A stretch of 59,360 bases of DNA, the filler included, from Sphacelaria rigidula (lineage: Eukaryota): the NCBI GenBank assembly GCA_964200075.2. It is 8 parts of 8 records of this genome, joined end to end, with 100 filler letters (N's around TTAATTAATTAA, not from the genome) between each part and the next. Parts side by side here need not be neighbours in the genome. Positions count along the whole stretch, not along the records: positions 22,300 to 29,632 come from CAXNAA020015402.1; positions 29,733 to 37,064 come from CAXNAA020015403.1; 6 more parts are not named here. One strand, given 5' to 3'. Positions 24,360 to 37,164 of this stretch are shown here, piece by piece (the stretch's first letter is position 1; each line of letters opens with the position of its first letter). The notes under the pieces were generated by a model, which had not been told where the DNA came from, ran no database searches, and saw only the letters and a list, made by a program, of their open reading frames with translations. A program made the position numbers and the translations under genes.

Positions 24360-25221
24360 CGAGCTGAGCCGGCCATCAGTGATTTTGACACGAAGAGTGG
24401 AGATGCTATTGACATTTCGTGAAATTAGGCACTGAAATTTTGACACGACATTCATCAATTCGCGCAACCCTGTGAGGGGTGTCACGGGGAAGAAAAAAAA
24501 AACATGAAGCTAGAGCGGGTCGAAGTTTCAGCAAAAACAGCAAAAATGCCATAACTTCCTCAAAAATTGATGAAAACGATTACAACGCTCCGGCACATAC
24601 GGATACTCGCGTCGACCACATCCTTGTAAAGTTTTACCTAAAAATACCTAAAATTGGGCTTAGCATCGCACTTTTTGTGTGACCCCGGTGGTCAAACTGA
24701 TACAACAGTCTCAAATTACACAGGTCAGGAGTTTGAATCCCGACACGACAATTTTTTTGTACACACTACTCGTGCATAATATCTCGTACCTCTGGGTTGC
24801 ACAGGGTCTCGATATTTTACTGACGGTCTTGCTTCCGGGGGGGGGGGAGGGGGGGGGTATAGCGCGGTTTCGAGTAGTACTTTTTCCTCGTGCGGTGATC
24901 TACGACAATCGGCTGGGAGGTTCTCTCCCATTATGGAGCTGATGACGAGCTTGATGCCATCTTGCAGCAGGACCAGTGTGCTCTTGCCTGGGCATTTTGT
25001 GAAACGAAACGTCTACAGACACGTTGTCACGCAATGGCAAGAGACGTACCCGGTACTCAATGCGGTACAAAAACATCATCGCCAAAATTGCGCCAATCAA
25101 GCAGCGGCGGTGCCGTGTTAGTCTGCAGTTCACAGCAATATGCTCAAGTCGCGCTGATTTGCAAAACTTGAGAAGTTGTGGTGCAGAGGGAGAACGTGGG
25201 ATTTACTGCCGGCCCAGCTCG
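24360..25221. mobile_element. Tc1/mariner-like MITE family C, longer member
   Basis: TA|CGAGCTGAGCCGGC ... GCCGGCCCAGCTCG|TA; 14-bp TIR with one mismatch. Confidence 0.6.
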
Positions 25222-26012
25222 TATTATAAAAATTTCAACTCCAATACCTTAGGTTTGCAAACCGTGCTCAATTAGCGCAATATACCCAATCAGTAAGTCA
25301 GACAGTCAAGTCAGCAAAAAAATACGACGCCAGTTCTGTCGTAATAAAAAAAAATGTTCCTTGGTACTGATTTGTTCCCTACACTATTTATTGGTTTGTC
25401 TTCCCGCGCTTCTTACCCCGCGCATACTTTCGTGTGCGTGTCTGGAAGTGGTATCGTTCTCGTCACAATCGTACATGTTATTTCCTTCACTACCCATCCA
25501 GGCGAATAGTTGCACTCCGAGGGGGGGCTTTCGAGGGTACAGCTTTGGAGAAGGGGGCTGTCGACGATGTAGCTGTGGGCGGCGGTTTTCCGGTGGACTT
25601 GAAGCTAGCCCTCGTTCGAGCGGCGGGGTACAGCATAATCGCTGGTTCCTTTTGTCTGAAGGTAAAGAGGCAGTATCTGCACGAATCTATGACTTGAAGA
25701 CCCCCCTTCAAGGCAAGGGTTTTATGAAATGATAATGCACACATGTACTGAAAAGGTACAACCGTATACTGCAAAAGGTCAACTATCGCCTGAATGGTGC
25801 AGTGATTACAAATGGCTTCCGAGTATCATCATCATCTTATCGGTCGTCGTCAGGATCGACAGTGCCGCAACGCGAGATGTAGGAGGCCTGGATGATGACC
25901 GAAGATTCGAAGAGGTATTCGCCATTGAAATGATTTGGCTTGGGTATCGTATTTTTATCCTGCGACCACGGCTGAATTTGTTCAAAATCGATCAAGGTGT
26001 AATTGCGGGTAA

Positions 26013-26482
26013 GGCTACTTCTTGTATGTATCAGAAAATAAAACTTGTTGAAAAGTGCATTTTTGACCCTTGTCCGTCGTTTTTCCCCCGAAAAGAGGGC
26101 TTGGCGGATGTTTACGCCTTGCAATGACTTGCTCTACTCGTTGAGACCTTTCCAGAACACCTTTGCGTTTTCTGTAGATCACAGTTTTGTTTTTGGTCGA
26201 ACTTGCATTTTAAATAACAAACGGTGAAGTTCTAAAACAAACAGGGGGAAACTGCCATTTATTTTATAACTTAACCGTTTGATATTCAAAATGCAAGTTT
26301 GACCAAGAACAAAACTGTAACCTACAAAAAACTCACCAGTGTTCTGCAACGGCCTCTTCGAGTAGAGCAAGTCATTCCAAGGTGTCAAGATCCGCCTAGC
26401 CCGCTTTTCAGGGGGGAAACGACGGAGAAGGGCCAAAATTCAATTTCCAAAATGCTTTTTTGTTAATGTATGAGAAGTAGCC
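26013..26482. mobile_element. Fold-back (near-palindromic) element, ~200-bp arms
   Basis: ORF-track translations 26045..26227(+) and 26179..26436(-) are near-identical, which reflects the inverted arms. Confidence 0.8.
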
Positions 26483-26615
26483 CAAGAGGCAAGTCCCACA
26501 CTTTTAAACTGTAGGGGCCAAGCCTCCCAGCGCAGATTTGTTGGTGAAGTCACGCCATATTGTGAAAAGTCAAACACGGGTAAAATACGTAGGAAACAGT
26601 AGTTTCTTTCCTTGC

Positions 26616-26677
26616 ACTGTACTGTACTGTACTGTACTGTACTGTACTGTACTGTACTGTACTGTACTGTACTGTAC
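26616..26677 (+). repeat. (ACTGT)12 microsatellite
   Basis: Read directly from the sequence. Confidence 0.97.
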
Positions 26678-27425
26678 ATTCATGAAGATTCTTCCTCCCT
26701 GCCGCTCGTTTGAATATGTACATGTATCACTTCACATGCTTTACCACTTCTGCCGAGTTTTCTCTGGCGACGACGCATGTTTTCCCGCGCTTTTTTTGCA
26801 GCGCACTGAGAAGGCTCAGCGGTATATTACCGTTCAGGTTTGGGTGTCATCTGATACTTGTGGCGCATGTTCTGGCCACCGAAAAGTCGCTCAAACTAGC
26901 CCTTATTCGCGGGGTGTGGATCCCGAACCACAAAATCCTTTTCAAGGTCATGGAAAACTTGAAACGGGAAGCCGAACCACAAAAAAAGGCTGTTCGAGAT
27001 TATGGATATCTTCAAACAGGATTACTCTTGGCGGGCATTTTTCCCCTGTCTTTCTCTTTGTCGCGTTCTCGTTTAATTGGGAGCACGAACACACCAGTTA
27101 TGCCGCCAATATCACGAGAACATGAGAGCAAAGCAGTTGAAAACAATTGAACATTGCCTTGGACTTAGTTAGCAGCAAACACGAGACCGTGCCATCTGCC
27201 GTTGGCGAGTTGAACAAGGCACAGCAGTACAACAGCAGAGGATCGTTTTGCCGCGAAACAATCACCCTATTTTACAAAAAGGCCCGGTGATGTGAACGCC
27301 CCAGTTATGTACAAAGCACATGCCAAAAATGTTCCACGCATTCCAATTTTTCGGGAGTGCCTCCCGCTGTCATGTCTTCGTGGCACGAGAGCTACTCCGC
27401 ACTCTGGCACCGAGGGGACCCGAAC

Positions 27426-27741
27426 AAATGTACGTGAACAATGGTTGGTACTATGGAGATGCCGCCAACCCTAACACTAACCCTAACCCTGAAACCCTAA
27501 CCCCGACCAAGGCATACCAAGAATTTTCGGCGAATGCGGGTGCAAAATGTCCTCTAGTCAAAGTGTGCGTTGTCAGAGCTTAAATCATCCCCTTCAGCCG
27601 ATTTTGGGCGAAAACACGTTCGGGACGAGCTGGGTCTACTGCCCACCCCTGCTCACCTGCCCCAGATATTAATTTTTCTCAAAACGTTTTTCAGTCTGAA
27701 ATCAAGTAAAATCTAGTACCAACCATGGTTCACGTACATTT
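27426..27741. repeat. 28-bp inverted repeat enclosing a (CCCTAA)n-like tract
   Basis: AAATGTACGTGAACAATGGTTGGTACTA at 27426 and TAGTACCAACCATGGTTCACGTACATTT ending at 27741. Confidence 0.65.
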
Positions 27742-28744
27742 CATAAGGTCTACTACTGGCACCTCGGAAATACCCCACACGCGGCCATTCGACTCCTGTT
27801 TGAAGATCCCCTATCGTGATTTTCGTTTTGTAAAGGGCAAAATGGCCCTCCAGAGGATCAGATACCCTTTCGTAAGACATGATGCCTCTGGAGTGTACAG
27901 TAAACGAATAGCCGCCAGAGGGCACATAATTTCACTGAGGGTGCCTCTGGAGAAATTTTGGGAAACAATACTCCCCAGGGTGTAAATATACCTCTAGAGT
28001 TCGCACTACTCCAAACCTCTGGACGACACTTGTGTCCTAACTGCCTTCAGGGCACCTTTGGGACCCCAGCGATCTTGTTTAGTATAGACCATCACCCAAG
28101 ATATATTTCACCCGCCACCGTTCACAGATCGAACCATGCAAACCCTACAACACTTATTCCTAGCGACCACCACAACCCTGCAGCAAAGAGTACGAGTCAG
28201 GCACAGGGATATGGATACACACTGCCGTAGTTGAGTATGATGTATTTCTTGGTGGTGGAAACTTATTGAGCGTCTTTTCCCATGGTCTGTCGCGCAATCG
28301 CGCGGCGACGAACCACATGGGGTAGGGTGCGGGCAATAACCGGCTTAATGCATACACACTCATGGACTGTGTGGGCAGTGCTAAGCTGCACGTTGTTCAA
28401 GTCCTTCTCACGTCGCACTGTAAGCAGAGAACATATATATAGTCCTGCGCTATCTGTACTCTACTTTGCCCGCTTCCCTTTCACGTCCAACGGACTGTGC
28501 AGTTGTGTACATGCTGCTGCACGAACGCGCGTGAATACTGCAGTAGCTAACGGTATATAACACCTCCATACATCCCAAGTTACAGGCATCAACATTATTT
28601 GTATAGCCATACGTAGCGCATATGCCGCGCTAACTCTGCAGTATATGGTACCGCACGTATATGCACGATATGGTACTGTCATGCGCACGTTTTTGTACAG
28701 CACCACACCGTGCTTATTGTTGTGATCATGGAGGCGCACCGGAC

Positions 28745-28983
28745 GCCCCGGTGGCTCAGTTGGTAACCTCGAAACCCTCTGACGGTTGGGTCGTGGGTTC
28801 GAATCTCGGCGCAATCTGGGACTTTTTTTCATGCACAACAGTGGAGAGAGGTTATGTCGTGGGTACACAAAATTCCACTTTACGGTCTACGAGGGAAAGG
28901 GACTGCTGAACCCCTCTCGCGATTCAAAAAATATTCAAGGCAAGCGCCGCAGAAGGAAGGTGGAGTACAAGAACAAAACAAGG
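28745..28983 (+). mobile_element. tRNA-derived SINE
   Basis: Pol III box A TGGCTCAGTTGG (28752) and box B GGTTCGAATC (~28796), with no complete cloverleaf. The 3' part GCTGAACCC.TCTCGCGAT...AAGGTG.AGTAC recurs reversed at ~52878-52935. Confidence 0.75.
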
Positions 28984-30465
28984 AGAGAAAGAAACTCCTG
29001 TGCTGGCCTTCCTTCTGCCTGACCCCGGCTGGTGTGCCCACATATACCGAAAGGTGTAGAACGGCGTCAAAAATGACTGGGACGACGACACACACCCCCC
29101 CGTGATCAAAGTACAGAATGAACTGCGTTCAAAAATTTTCGTGTTCTTGATCGAAACAAAGCTTTAGTGTGTTGTTCCAGTACACACTGGACTACGTGTT
29201 TTTTGGGACTCATATTAATACATTCGCGAGGTATATACCAACATTTATTCAGTACTACCACTAGCTGAAGCTGTACCCGGTACAGCGCGGCCGTGCGGAC
29301 ATACACTCGCAATCAGTGTATGGGATTTGTTTTCAGCGGAGGCTGTCGAAGAATCCCATCTTTTTGCCCAATTGATATATGAATTGGGGGGTAAGAGAAT
29401 GAATTTTCAACAACCTCTGCTATCGTTTCACTGTATTTTATTTCATTTGCGTTGTACTTTCCTCTTCTTTTCCTTTTTTCTTGTTTCAGGTCGGCCGTTT
29501 CTTTCTGTGCTTTGCTTGTGTTGACTTTTTGATTACTTTTTTTTTGTTACGACTTAGTCTGCTATGTCGTTCTGTTCGAACCTCCCCCTCCCCCCCCCCT
29601 CTTCTTTTTTTTTTTTTTTTTTTTTTTTTTTTNNNNNNNNNNNNNNNNNNNNNNNNNNNNNNNNNNNNNNNNNNNNTTAATTAATTAANNNNNNNNNNNN
29701 NNNNNNNNNNNNNNNNNNNNNNNNNNNNNNNNAGGGAAAGCACGGCTTTTGAGTTGAACCTCATTTATTTTTTCTACCCCATTTTTGAGAATCCACTGTT
29801 ATTCAGTCACTCAACACTGTGGTCAACAATCAACCCTGTCAATCAATATCAAGTCGGCAAGTAAGAAAATGCTCAAAATCTCAATGAGCATTCCCTGTCA
29901 CAAAATCAAAACGTCCAAGTTCGGAGCAAACCTTCAGCGCCCCAGGTGTTATTCACCGTGCCATACACTACAGCATACCAAACACAATTCAAAACTTCAA
30001 GATTCAGAGCAAATCTCACGCGCTCCAGGTGTTGTTCACTGTGTCACAAACTACAGCACCCCCTGTACGCCGGCCTACGCAAATACATCTCATGTTGGGC
30101 AAGACCCTACAAACCTCTTGCCCTTCAAAGCAGCGTGGGTGGTCCATGGCTAACAAACACACACATGCATCACGCAAACGAAATCACAGACGTTTAGCGT
30201 CCAGCCAACATAGGCACGTCGGCAATTTCGAACTCTAACATTCAACCTCTCAGAAAATGATTTTTCGTAACACAAACAGAGAACACACTCCATTGTTCAT
30301 ATTGCTCAGTTTCTGGAGTCAACCCCATTACTTATTTTCGCATCACTCAAAACTAACACCTTTCAAAACACAGAGTCCACGACAATCAGATCACACCTTA
30401 CTTATCGCTACGAGAAATCCAAGCTTTCTCTCGGTGATAAATGAACACACACAAAATCAACCCGT

Positions 30466-30511
<46 letters not shown>

Positions 30512-30779
30512 ATTTCCAGGCTTTCATCCCCCTTTTTTCAGCATTCACATCGCGGAAAAAGGGCACTGCACAAGGCGAGCGTTATCTCCTCCCTCCATCA
30601 CTCATTGTCGGAGATACCGTCGTGCAGTCGGGGGCTGGGCTTGATCGTCCGTCACTATCCAAAGGTCCTCATCTTCCGTCACTACCCTTCCGAGATTCCT
30701 CCTTCGTACACACCCCTCCCTCAAATGGTTACACCTGAAAGCACTTTGCCTCACACAATTGGGGGCTCAAAACAGACAT

Positions 30780-32780
30780 GGTAGTAAAATAGCATCGAGT
30801 CGAATTTTAGCCAACGTGAACATCGCATCTTCCTCACCCATGCGTAGGTATACCTCGTCGAAAACATCTCCTCCTATCCCACCTATGGTCCATCTAAAAT
30901 ACTCGTAAATTTTCCACCAGAAAAACGAGATCACATCAAGCTGTACTTCCTCTCCACAACCACAATCCAGTTCCCCAGTTTGGCAAACATCATTTTCTTC
31001 ATTCTCGGAGCATTTCAATCGCCTCTACAGTCAAGTCATAGCTGTCTTACGCGGTTTTCATCCAACAGTCGTTGTACCTCTGCTACCGCTTTACCAGGAA
31101 AACAAGGTTTCAATCATTTCATGCCACACCAATCAGTGTACATAGTATTCATTTCGCCAAAAACAATCAATTGGATACCAGCCTCGTTGAGCTTTTTGTT
31201 TTCGCTCAAAACGAAACCTCTTTCCTGCACTTCCCCGTTCGTTCAGTACAGTCAATACTTTTGCTGTGCTCCTACGTCCGTCCAAGTCTGTCTCCATGTC
31301 TGAGCAAGTTTGTCCGTCTAACAGTCAATTTCTGTACCCCGCCGTCCAAGTCAGTCTCCATTTCTGAGCAAGTTCATTCGTCTAGCAGTCAAGTGCTGTA
31401 CTCCTACGTCCGTCCAAGTCAGTCTCCAGTTCTGAGCGAGTTCGTTCGTCTAACAGTCAATTATTTTTGTACTACGTACGTTTACCAGCAGTCAACTCAG
31501 GCATAAGTATTTTAGGCGTCCACCTCCGTCGTCAACAGCTACCAAATACTGCGTTCACCAGACGTTTTGTCTACTATATCTCATCACACTACCGTATTTT
31601 CTTCACATCCAACAATTTTTCACTGTCCTCAATTTCAGGATCCACGAGCGTTTTTGCATCCCAACGGTCATCCTCGCGAGACTCTATGATTCGTGTGTAC
31701 CTTGACAGCTAACGACTCTCTCGTACTGTGCCCGCGTGCTCTCTCACAACAAAAAATCAAAATATTCTTGCAAGCCAAGAATTCACAGGAAAACTCGATC
31801 TCGAAAAAAACAGACGCTCACACGCAAAATTCAAATCGCGCCGGGAAATGCCTCCCTTTCGGCATCCTCTGAAAACACAGGGCTCTCTTCGTCTGTCCTG
31901 TTCGCTGCAAGAATCATGTACCAGCAAAACCCCATACTAGCTTCACATGGCTTGCGTACTTGGGTAGTTTATACGGGATACCGACACCACCTTCGCACCA
32001 GCGACTTACACTGCAGCAAGGGCTATCGCACTCACGTCGGTCATGCACACCACTGACTCCGCTTCCACGTCCATACCCAACACCATAATCAACAGTTCAC
32101 TCGTAGTCCAACTCACTTCTGGGACCCATACCCCTTGATGTGTCGTGCGCAGCCCCCAATGCCACGCCTTGCAGTCCTCTACTGCTGACCCCGTACTGCT
32201 GCGATGAAGCGTCTCGCCCTGCCGCAGCTGACGACCTATTTACAGCACCCAACCCCTCTTGTGGGCCGCTGCTAACGACGCTGTTGCCCTCTCTCATACC
32301 GCCGGACTCCCCTGCCCTACCTGCGCTCAAGGTAGTCAACCTCTCGCTCATTTGTTCCAGAAGTTGTGTGATGACCGCCATCCTTTCCTCAAGGTTCACC
32401 ACTCGGTCTTTTACATCTCCTTCCGACCCCCTCTCTGACGCATGGTCAAAGACTGTTGCAAGCCACCGCTTCGCGTCATCATCAGTTTTCACAGGTGAAG
32501 ATTATGCTAGTATGTTGGATGAATCAGACACTCGGTGATTGTTGGACACTTGTTGTATTAACCGTAGAGCTTGTGGCTGTGAAGCCTTGGCGCAAACAAG
32601 CAGAGTGAAGGGCTGTGGCGACCTCCTCCCAGGAAAACAAGGCGCCGCATGAACTATACTCAATAGTCATGAACCACAATCCCACCGCATGAAGCCGCCA
32701 CACTTGTAACGAACACGTCATGTAGTCGGGCCGCAACCGATACATCTGCTCACAGCAACACGGTCCACACAGCATACCTT
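30780..32780 (-). mobile_element. Decayed, internally deleted LINE: PHD-like/coiled-coil ORF1 relic plus ORF2 3' relic
   Basis: 32524-32775 reads CCC..YMTCSLQVWRLHAVGL..EY..C (degenerate PHD-like). 32097-32492 contains coiled-coil-like VKDRVVNLEERMAVITQLLEQMSERL. Downstream frameshifted pieces KRLVNAVF, QRLL(M)K and CGCGEEVQ..FFWW resemble non-LTR ORF2 C-termini. Confidence 0.4.
31249..31480 (+). repeat. Minisatellite, ~65-72-bp unit, ~3.3 copies
   Basis: CAGTCAA...CCGTCCAAGTC.GTCTCCA.TTCTGAGC.AGTT...CGTCTA is repeated. Confidence 0.85.
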
Positions 32781-33369
32781 TGGTTCAGGAAGCAAACAGG
32801 CACCTTCCATAACCTCCCACCTTGTGCTTGCGAACGCTACGTAACCTCAGACGTTACGCGGGTACGTTACAGAACCTTCTAGGTTCCAAAATGCGGATAG
32901 ACTACGTTACGGAAGGTCGGCCGTAAGCTCTTGATAGAGCGTGTATCGGTGGCCACCCGTGTAGCTCGAGCAAGGGCGTTCATCTACGCCACCAGAGGAT
33001 CACGTAGCAAGACTCACGTCATCGACGTTGATGGTGGTTACGTTGTGGTCGTCGAACCCCAGGCCGTTATCGTCATGTACGGCATGGAATATGAGCTGCC
33101 GCCGAAAGTCGTCAAGGCCGTCGGCGATTTTGGCGTGTGCCGAAGGGCTTCCAGAGAACGGGCAGCTGTAAATGCTCCGTCATGTAAACTCTGGGAGTGT
33201 ACGTGAAGCTGATAGATGTTGACGATCCCGTGCACATGTAGTACTGCGATTGTTCGTATAATATTTCTCTATCAACCCCGTGAAGCCATTCAGAGATTTC
33301 GTGAACTGTCATCTGTATTTCGCCACTGCCGTAGTGGCGTAGGTCCCACCACAAGGGTGATGATAATAT

Positions 33370-33909
33370 CAAGTTCGTGCTTTGTAGGGTACGGTTTTCT
33401 GTATACCCGGAATATTTTGCCGCGAATTCACCGTACCCGACAGTTCTGTAAATACTGTAAGATTTTTTCATCCCGGTACCCGACAGTTTTGTAATTTCTG
33501 CAAGACTTTCATATCCTAACCCAATAGTTCTGTGAGTTCTGTAAGCCTCCCGTACCATTACGTGCTGGCACGAGCATGCTCTTGATATGATACCCGGTTG
33601 CGGGTGCGGTTTTCTGTGCAACCTCCATATCCTACCCGACAATGTCTGTAAGTTCTTTCAGCCTCCCACACCCTTACTCGACAGTTCTGTGAGTTCTGTA
33701 CAAACACTTTACGCCAACCCGAGGGGCGGGTATGCCCTAAAAGAGTTACCCGATTGCCGATACCGGTTTTCTGTGAGCCTCCCATACCGTACCCGACATG
33801 TTTCGTAATTTCTGTAAGACTTTCATAACGGTACCCGACAGTTCTGTAAGTTCTGCAAGGAATCTCATACCCTACAGAACGTACCCATACATTACAGAAT
33901 ACAACCTTG
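33370..33909 (-). mobile_element. MITE family D (CAAGGTTGTGTTCTGTA termini), older copy
   Basis: Reverse-oriented homolog of 39650-40186 with internal GTACCCGACAGTTCTGT repeats; TSD not preserved. Confidence 0.8.
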
Positions 33910-33924
33910 CAAGATCCCGTGCTT

Positions 33925-36004
33925 GGATAGCGAGGGGGCGTCCACGGGTAACAACAGGATCATTCTCAGACAACAGGGCAGTTTTCGTACAATGGGGTGA
34001 TCTGGGATAAAGGCAGACCGTTTCAGATAACAAGAGGGTGTTCTTGAACTGTGGAGGCTTTCCTCGGACGACAGAGGACGTTATCGGAATACACATGGGC
34101 GTTCTGGGATAACAACGGGACTTCCTCAGAGTACTTTATAACAGGGCAAGTGTTCGAAATACAGGGAGATCTCGAATACGAGGGGGACGCATTCTAGGAT
34201 ACCAGGAGGGCGTTCTCGAAGAAAAGGGAGCCTTTCTCAGACAACGAGGGACGTCCTCGGATAAAATGGGGGGCGTTCTCGGCAAATAGTGGAGCATTCT
34301 CGGACACAAGGGGGCGTTCTTGGATAAAAACATTATGTTCTCGAATAAACAGAGGACGCTCTCGAGCAACTAGAACCCTAACCTAATGAGGAGGGCGCTC
34401 CGATAACGGCAGGCGTTCTTTCGAAGCAGGGGAGCGATCGAGGACCGGAAAGGGCATTCTCGGATAACAAGATGGGCGTTCAGGGATAACAGGGGGATGA
34501 TTGGGCAGCAGGGGGCGTTAAGGGGGCGTTCTCGGATGACAAATGGATATTCTTGCACAAGAAGGGAGAGTCCTCGGGCAACGGGGAAGGCTTTCGGACC
34601 AAAACGGGGCGGTCTCAGATAGCAGAGAAGGTGTGTGAGGGTAACAGAAGGGTTTCCCAGACAACAGAACGGTTTTTCAGGACAACGGGAGGTGTTTCCG
34701 GGTAATAAAGGGGCGTCGTCGATTATAGGAGGGGCGTTATCGGATAACAAGGAGGCGTCCTCGGAAGATACGAGACCTTTTCGAAAAACAAGGAACGTTT
34801 TGGAATAGCATGAAAGCGATCTCATAAAACAAGGGGGGCGTACTCAGATAGCAAGGGGAGCCTTCCCAGACAAGATGGGGCATTCGCGGACATCAAGGGG
34901 CGTTCTTGCATAATAGGGTGTTCAATAACAACGGGGAATTCGCGGATATCACGAGGGGAGTTTCGAGACAACAGGGGGAAAACTTGGACGTTCTCTGATA
35001 ACACGGGAGACTTCTCGGACAACATGGAGAATTCTCGGATAACAAGGGGACGTAGCTTTCTCGGATAGCGAGCGGGTGTTCTTGGATAACAAGGGGGCGC
35101 TCTCACATAACAAACGGGATAACAAGGGTGCATTTCTGGGTACCAAGCGGCGTTGTCGCAACACTGGAGAGAGCTCTCGGATGTTCTCGGATAACAGGGG
35201 GGGGTCCTCGGATAACTGGAAGAGTTCGCGGACGACAGAGGGCGTCCTCAACTAGGTTGGGGGTGTTCCCAGACAGCCAGGAGGGGACCTCTGATCAAAA
35301 AGAGGGCGCTCTCGAAATATAAGGGGCGCTCGCGAGTAATACGGGGGCATCCTTGGATAATTGGGGCATGTTATCGAGCAACGGAGGGCGTTCCTGGCAA
35401 CGGAGGGCGTTCCTGGACAACATGGAGGTTTCTCGGACAAGGAGGGGGAGGAGGGCATTCTCGAATAAAAAGGGGAGACGGCGAGGGAGGAGGATAACAA
35501 GGGAGAATGACACTTTCTACGATAGCTCCCCCTCAAAAAGATGCATGATTTTGGGAGGCAAAATCTTCACATGAACCAAAATGGGAAAAGTCGAGCACAA
35601 CGAGAAGCTGGGAATTCCCACGTTTGGGTAAGTTCTAGCCAATGCCGCCAATATGAGGCACTTCATGCAGCCTGGACCCGAACATCGGGCGCTGCATGGC
35701 CCATTTATTCGTGACACTTTTAGCTGGGTTTTTGGGGGGGGGGGCTATCGTAGAAAGTGTCGAATAACGGGGAGTCCACCGATACCAGGGAGCGTTCTAG
35801 TATCACGGGGGGATCCTTTTTGGACAGTAACATGTCATCTCCAATTACAAGAGGATGTTCTTGGACATGAGGCGATTTCGGATACCCAGGGGAGATAAAA
35901 GGGCAATCTCCGATACTAAGGGGGCGTTCTCGGATCAAACTGGGAATTATCTCGGACAACAGGAGTCGCGCTGAGGGCGTTCTCGGATAACAAGGGGGCG
36001 CTCT
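33925..36004 (+). repeat. Degenerate ~21-bp minisatellite array (consensus GGATAACAAGGGGGCGTTCTC), ~2 kb
   Basis: The unit recurs head-to-tail throughout with no unique spacers; it is interrupted by MITE A at 35509-35761. Confidence 0.9.
35509..35761 (-). mobile_element. MITE family A, copy 2, 4-bp TSD GAAT
   Basis: GAAT|GACACTTTCTACGATAG...CTATCGTAGAAAGTGTC|GAAT. Confidence 0.92.
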
Positions 36005-36025
36005 GGTACAACAAGTTGTACTGTA

Positions 36026-36282
36026 GAGGTACGCTACGGTAGGGGTGTACTTTTTTCGCGAAATTATGTCTAGTTCGGGGGCTCCTAATGATTCTACATG
36101 CACAAAAATATGGGTCAGGGCAACCCCGTTTGCAAATTCATTCGGGATATCCCCAGCACATTGGAGTAGTAATCCTGGCGTACTTTCATATTTTTTCATA
36201 GGTCGTGTTTTGCATGAGATAGGGGGCTCCTAATAATTCCAATCTCAGAAAATATTTGTGCACCCCTACCGTAGCATCACTC
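36026..36282 (-). mobile_element. MITE family E (TIR GAG..ATGCTACGGTAGGGGTG)
   Basis: TIRs at both ends with TA/TA flanks. Homologs at 47126-47386 (GA/GA flanks) and a partial copy at ~45804-46020. Confidence 0.85.
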
Positions 36283-36292
36283 TAACACAATA

Positions 36293-36678
36293 GATTCCCG
36301 TAAATGGGGTTGAAAAATTGAAGGAGGTTCCACCAAAATTCATGACAAATGACTTTCATATGGACGACTTCATCCCTCCCGACCTCCCTAAAACTATTTT
36401 GGGGGATTACTAGCCTTCCGTTCCCCCAAAGGGTATGCCCGAAAGCACAATATCGCCTCGATTTCGGGTCAAAAAAGGACCCTTCTTGGCCCAAAAAATA
36501 TGCTTTCGCACACACCTTTTCGGGGTACGGAAGGCTAGAAATCCCCCGAAATAGTTTTAGGGAGGTCGGGATAGATGAGATCGTCCATGTGAAAGTAATT
36601 TGTCATCAACTTAGGTCAGGGAGAGCACGGCTTTTGAGTTGGACCTCATTTGTTTTTCAACCCCACCTGCGAGAATCC
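36293..36678. mobile_element. Fold-back MITE family F
   Basis: Long inverted arms (CGACCTCCCTAAAACTATTT / AAATAGTTTTAGGGAGGTCG). Fragments of the family end contigs at 29733-29795, ~37010-37064 and ~44461-44496. Confidence 0.8.
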
Positions 36679-37164
36679 CCTGTGCACTGTCAGTGCGAAC
36701 GGGGGATGGTGGATGAAACTGGGCCATGTTTCTGTTGGTAGATTCAACTCCTACAAGCAGCGCTGCGGAAAATTCCATTTCTGCAGATAGATGTCAGCAT
36801 AGATATACAACACACTGCTCCACACCATCCCGGCTTATCTGCACCACGTGCATACAACGCACACTTACTTCTGTACCCATAACGATATAGGAGAGAAACC
36901 GGATCTGCATATATTCAGAGAAAGATTCATACAAAAACCGTGGTCCTCGGCGTTGTGTGCGGTACGAGTAATAAATACGATCGACCTAACCCCCCCCCCT
37001 CCCCCAGAATCTCCCTGAAACTATTTGGGGGGTTTCGAGGCTTCCGTTCCCCCACAGGGCATGGNNNNNNNNNNNNNNNNNNNNNNNNNNNNNNNNNNNN
37101 NNNNNNNNTTAATTAATTAANNNNNNNNNNNNNNNNNNNNNNNNNNNNNNNNNNNNNNNNNNNN

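Noticed and set aside
28745..28815. Functional tRNA gene
   Set aside because: A and B boxes are present, but no convincing acceptor or anticodon stem; it continues into a repeated 3' tail typical of a SINE.
33925..36004. CRISPR array or repetitive protein gene
   Set aside because: Units are contiguous and degenerate with no unique spacers and no cas genes; reading frames are broken repeatedly.
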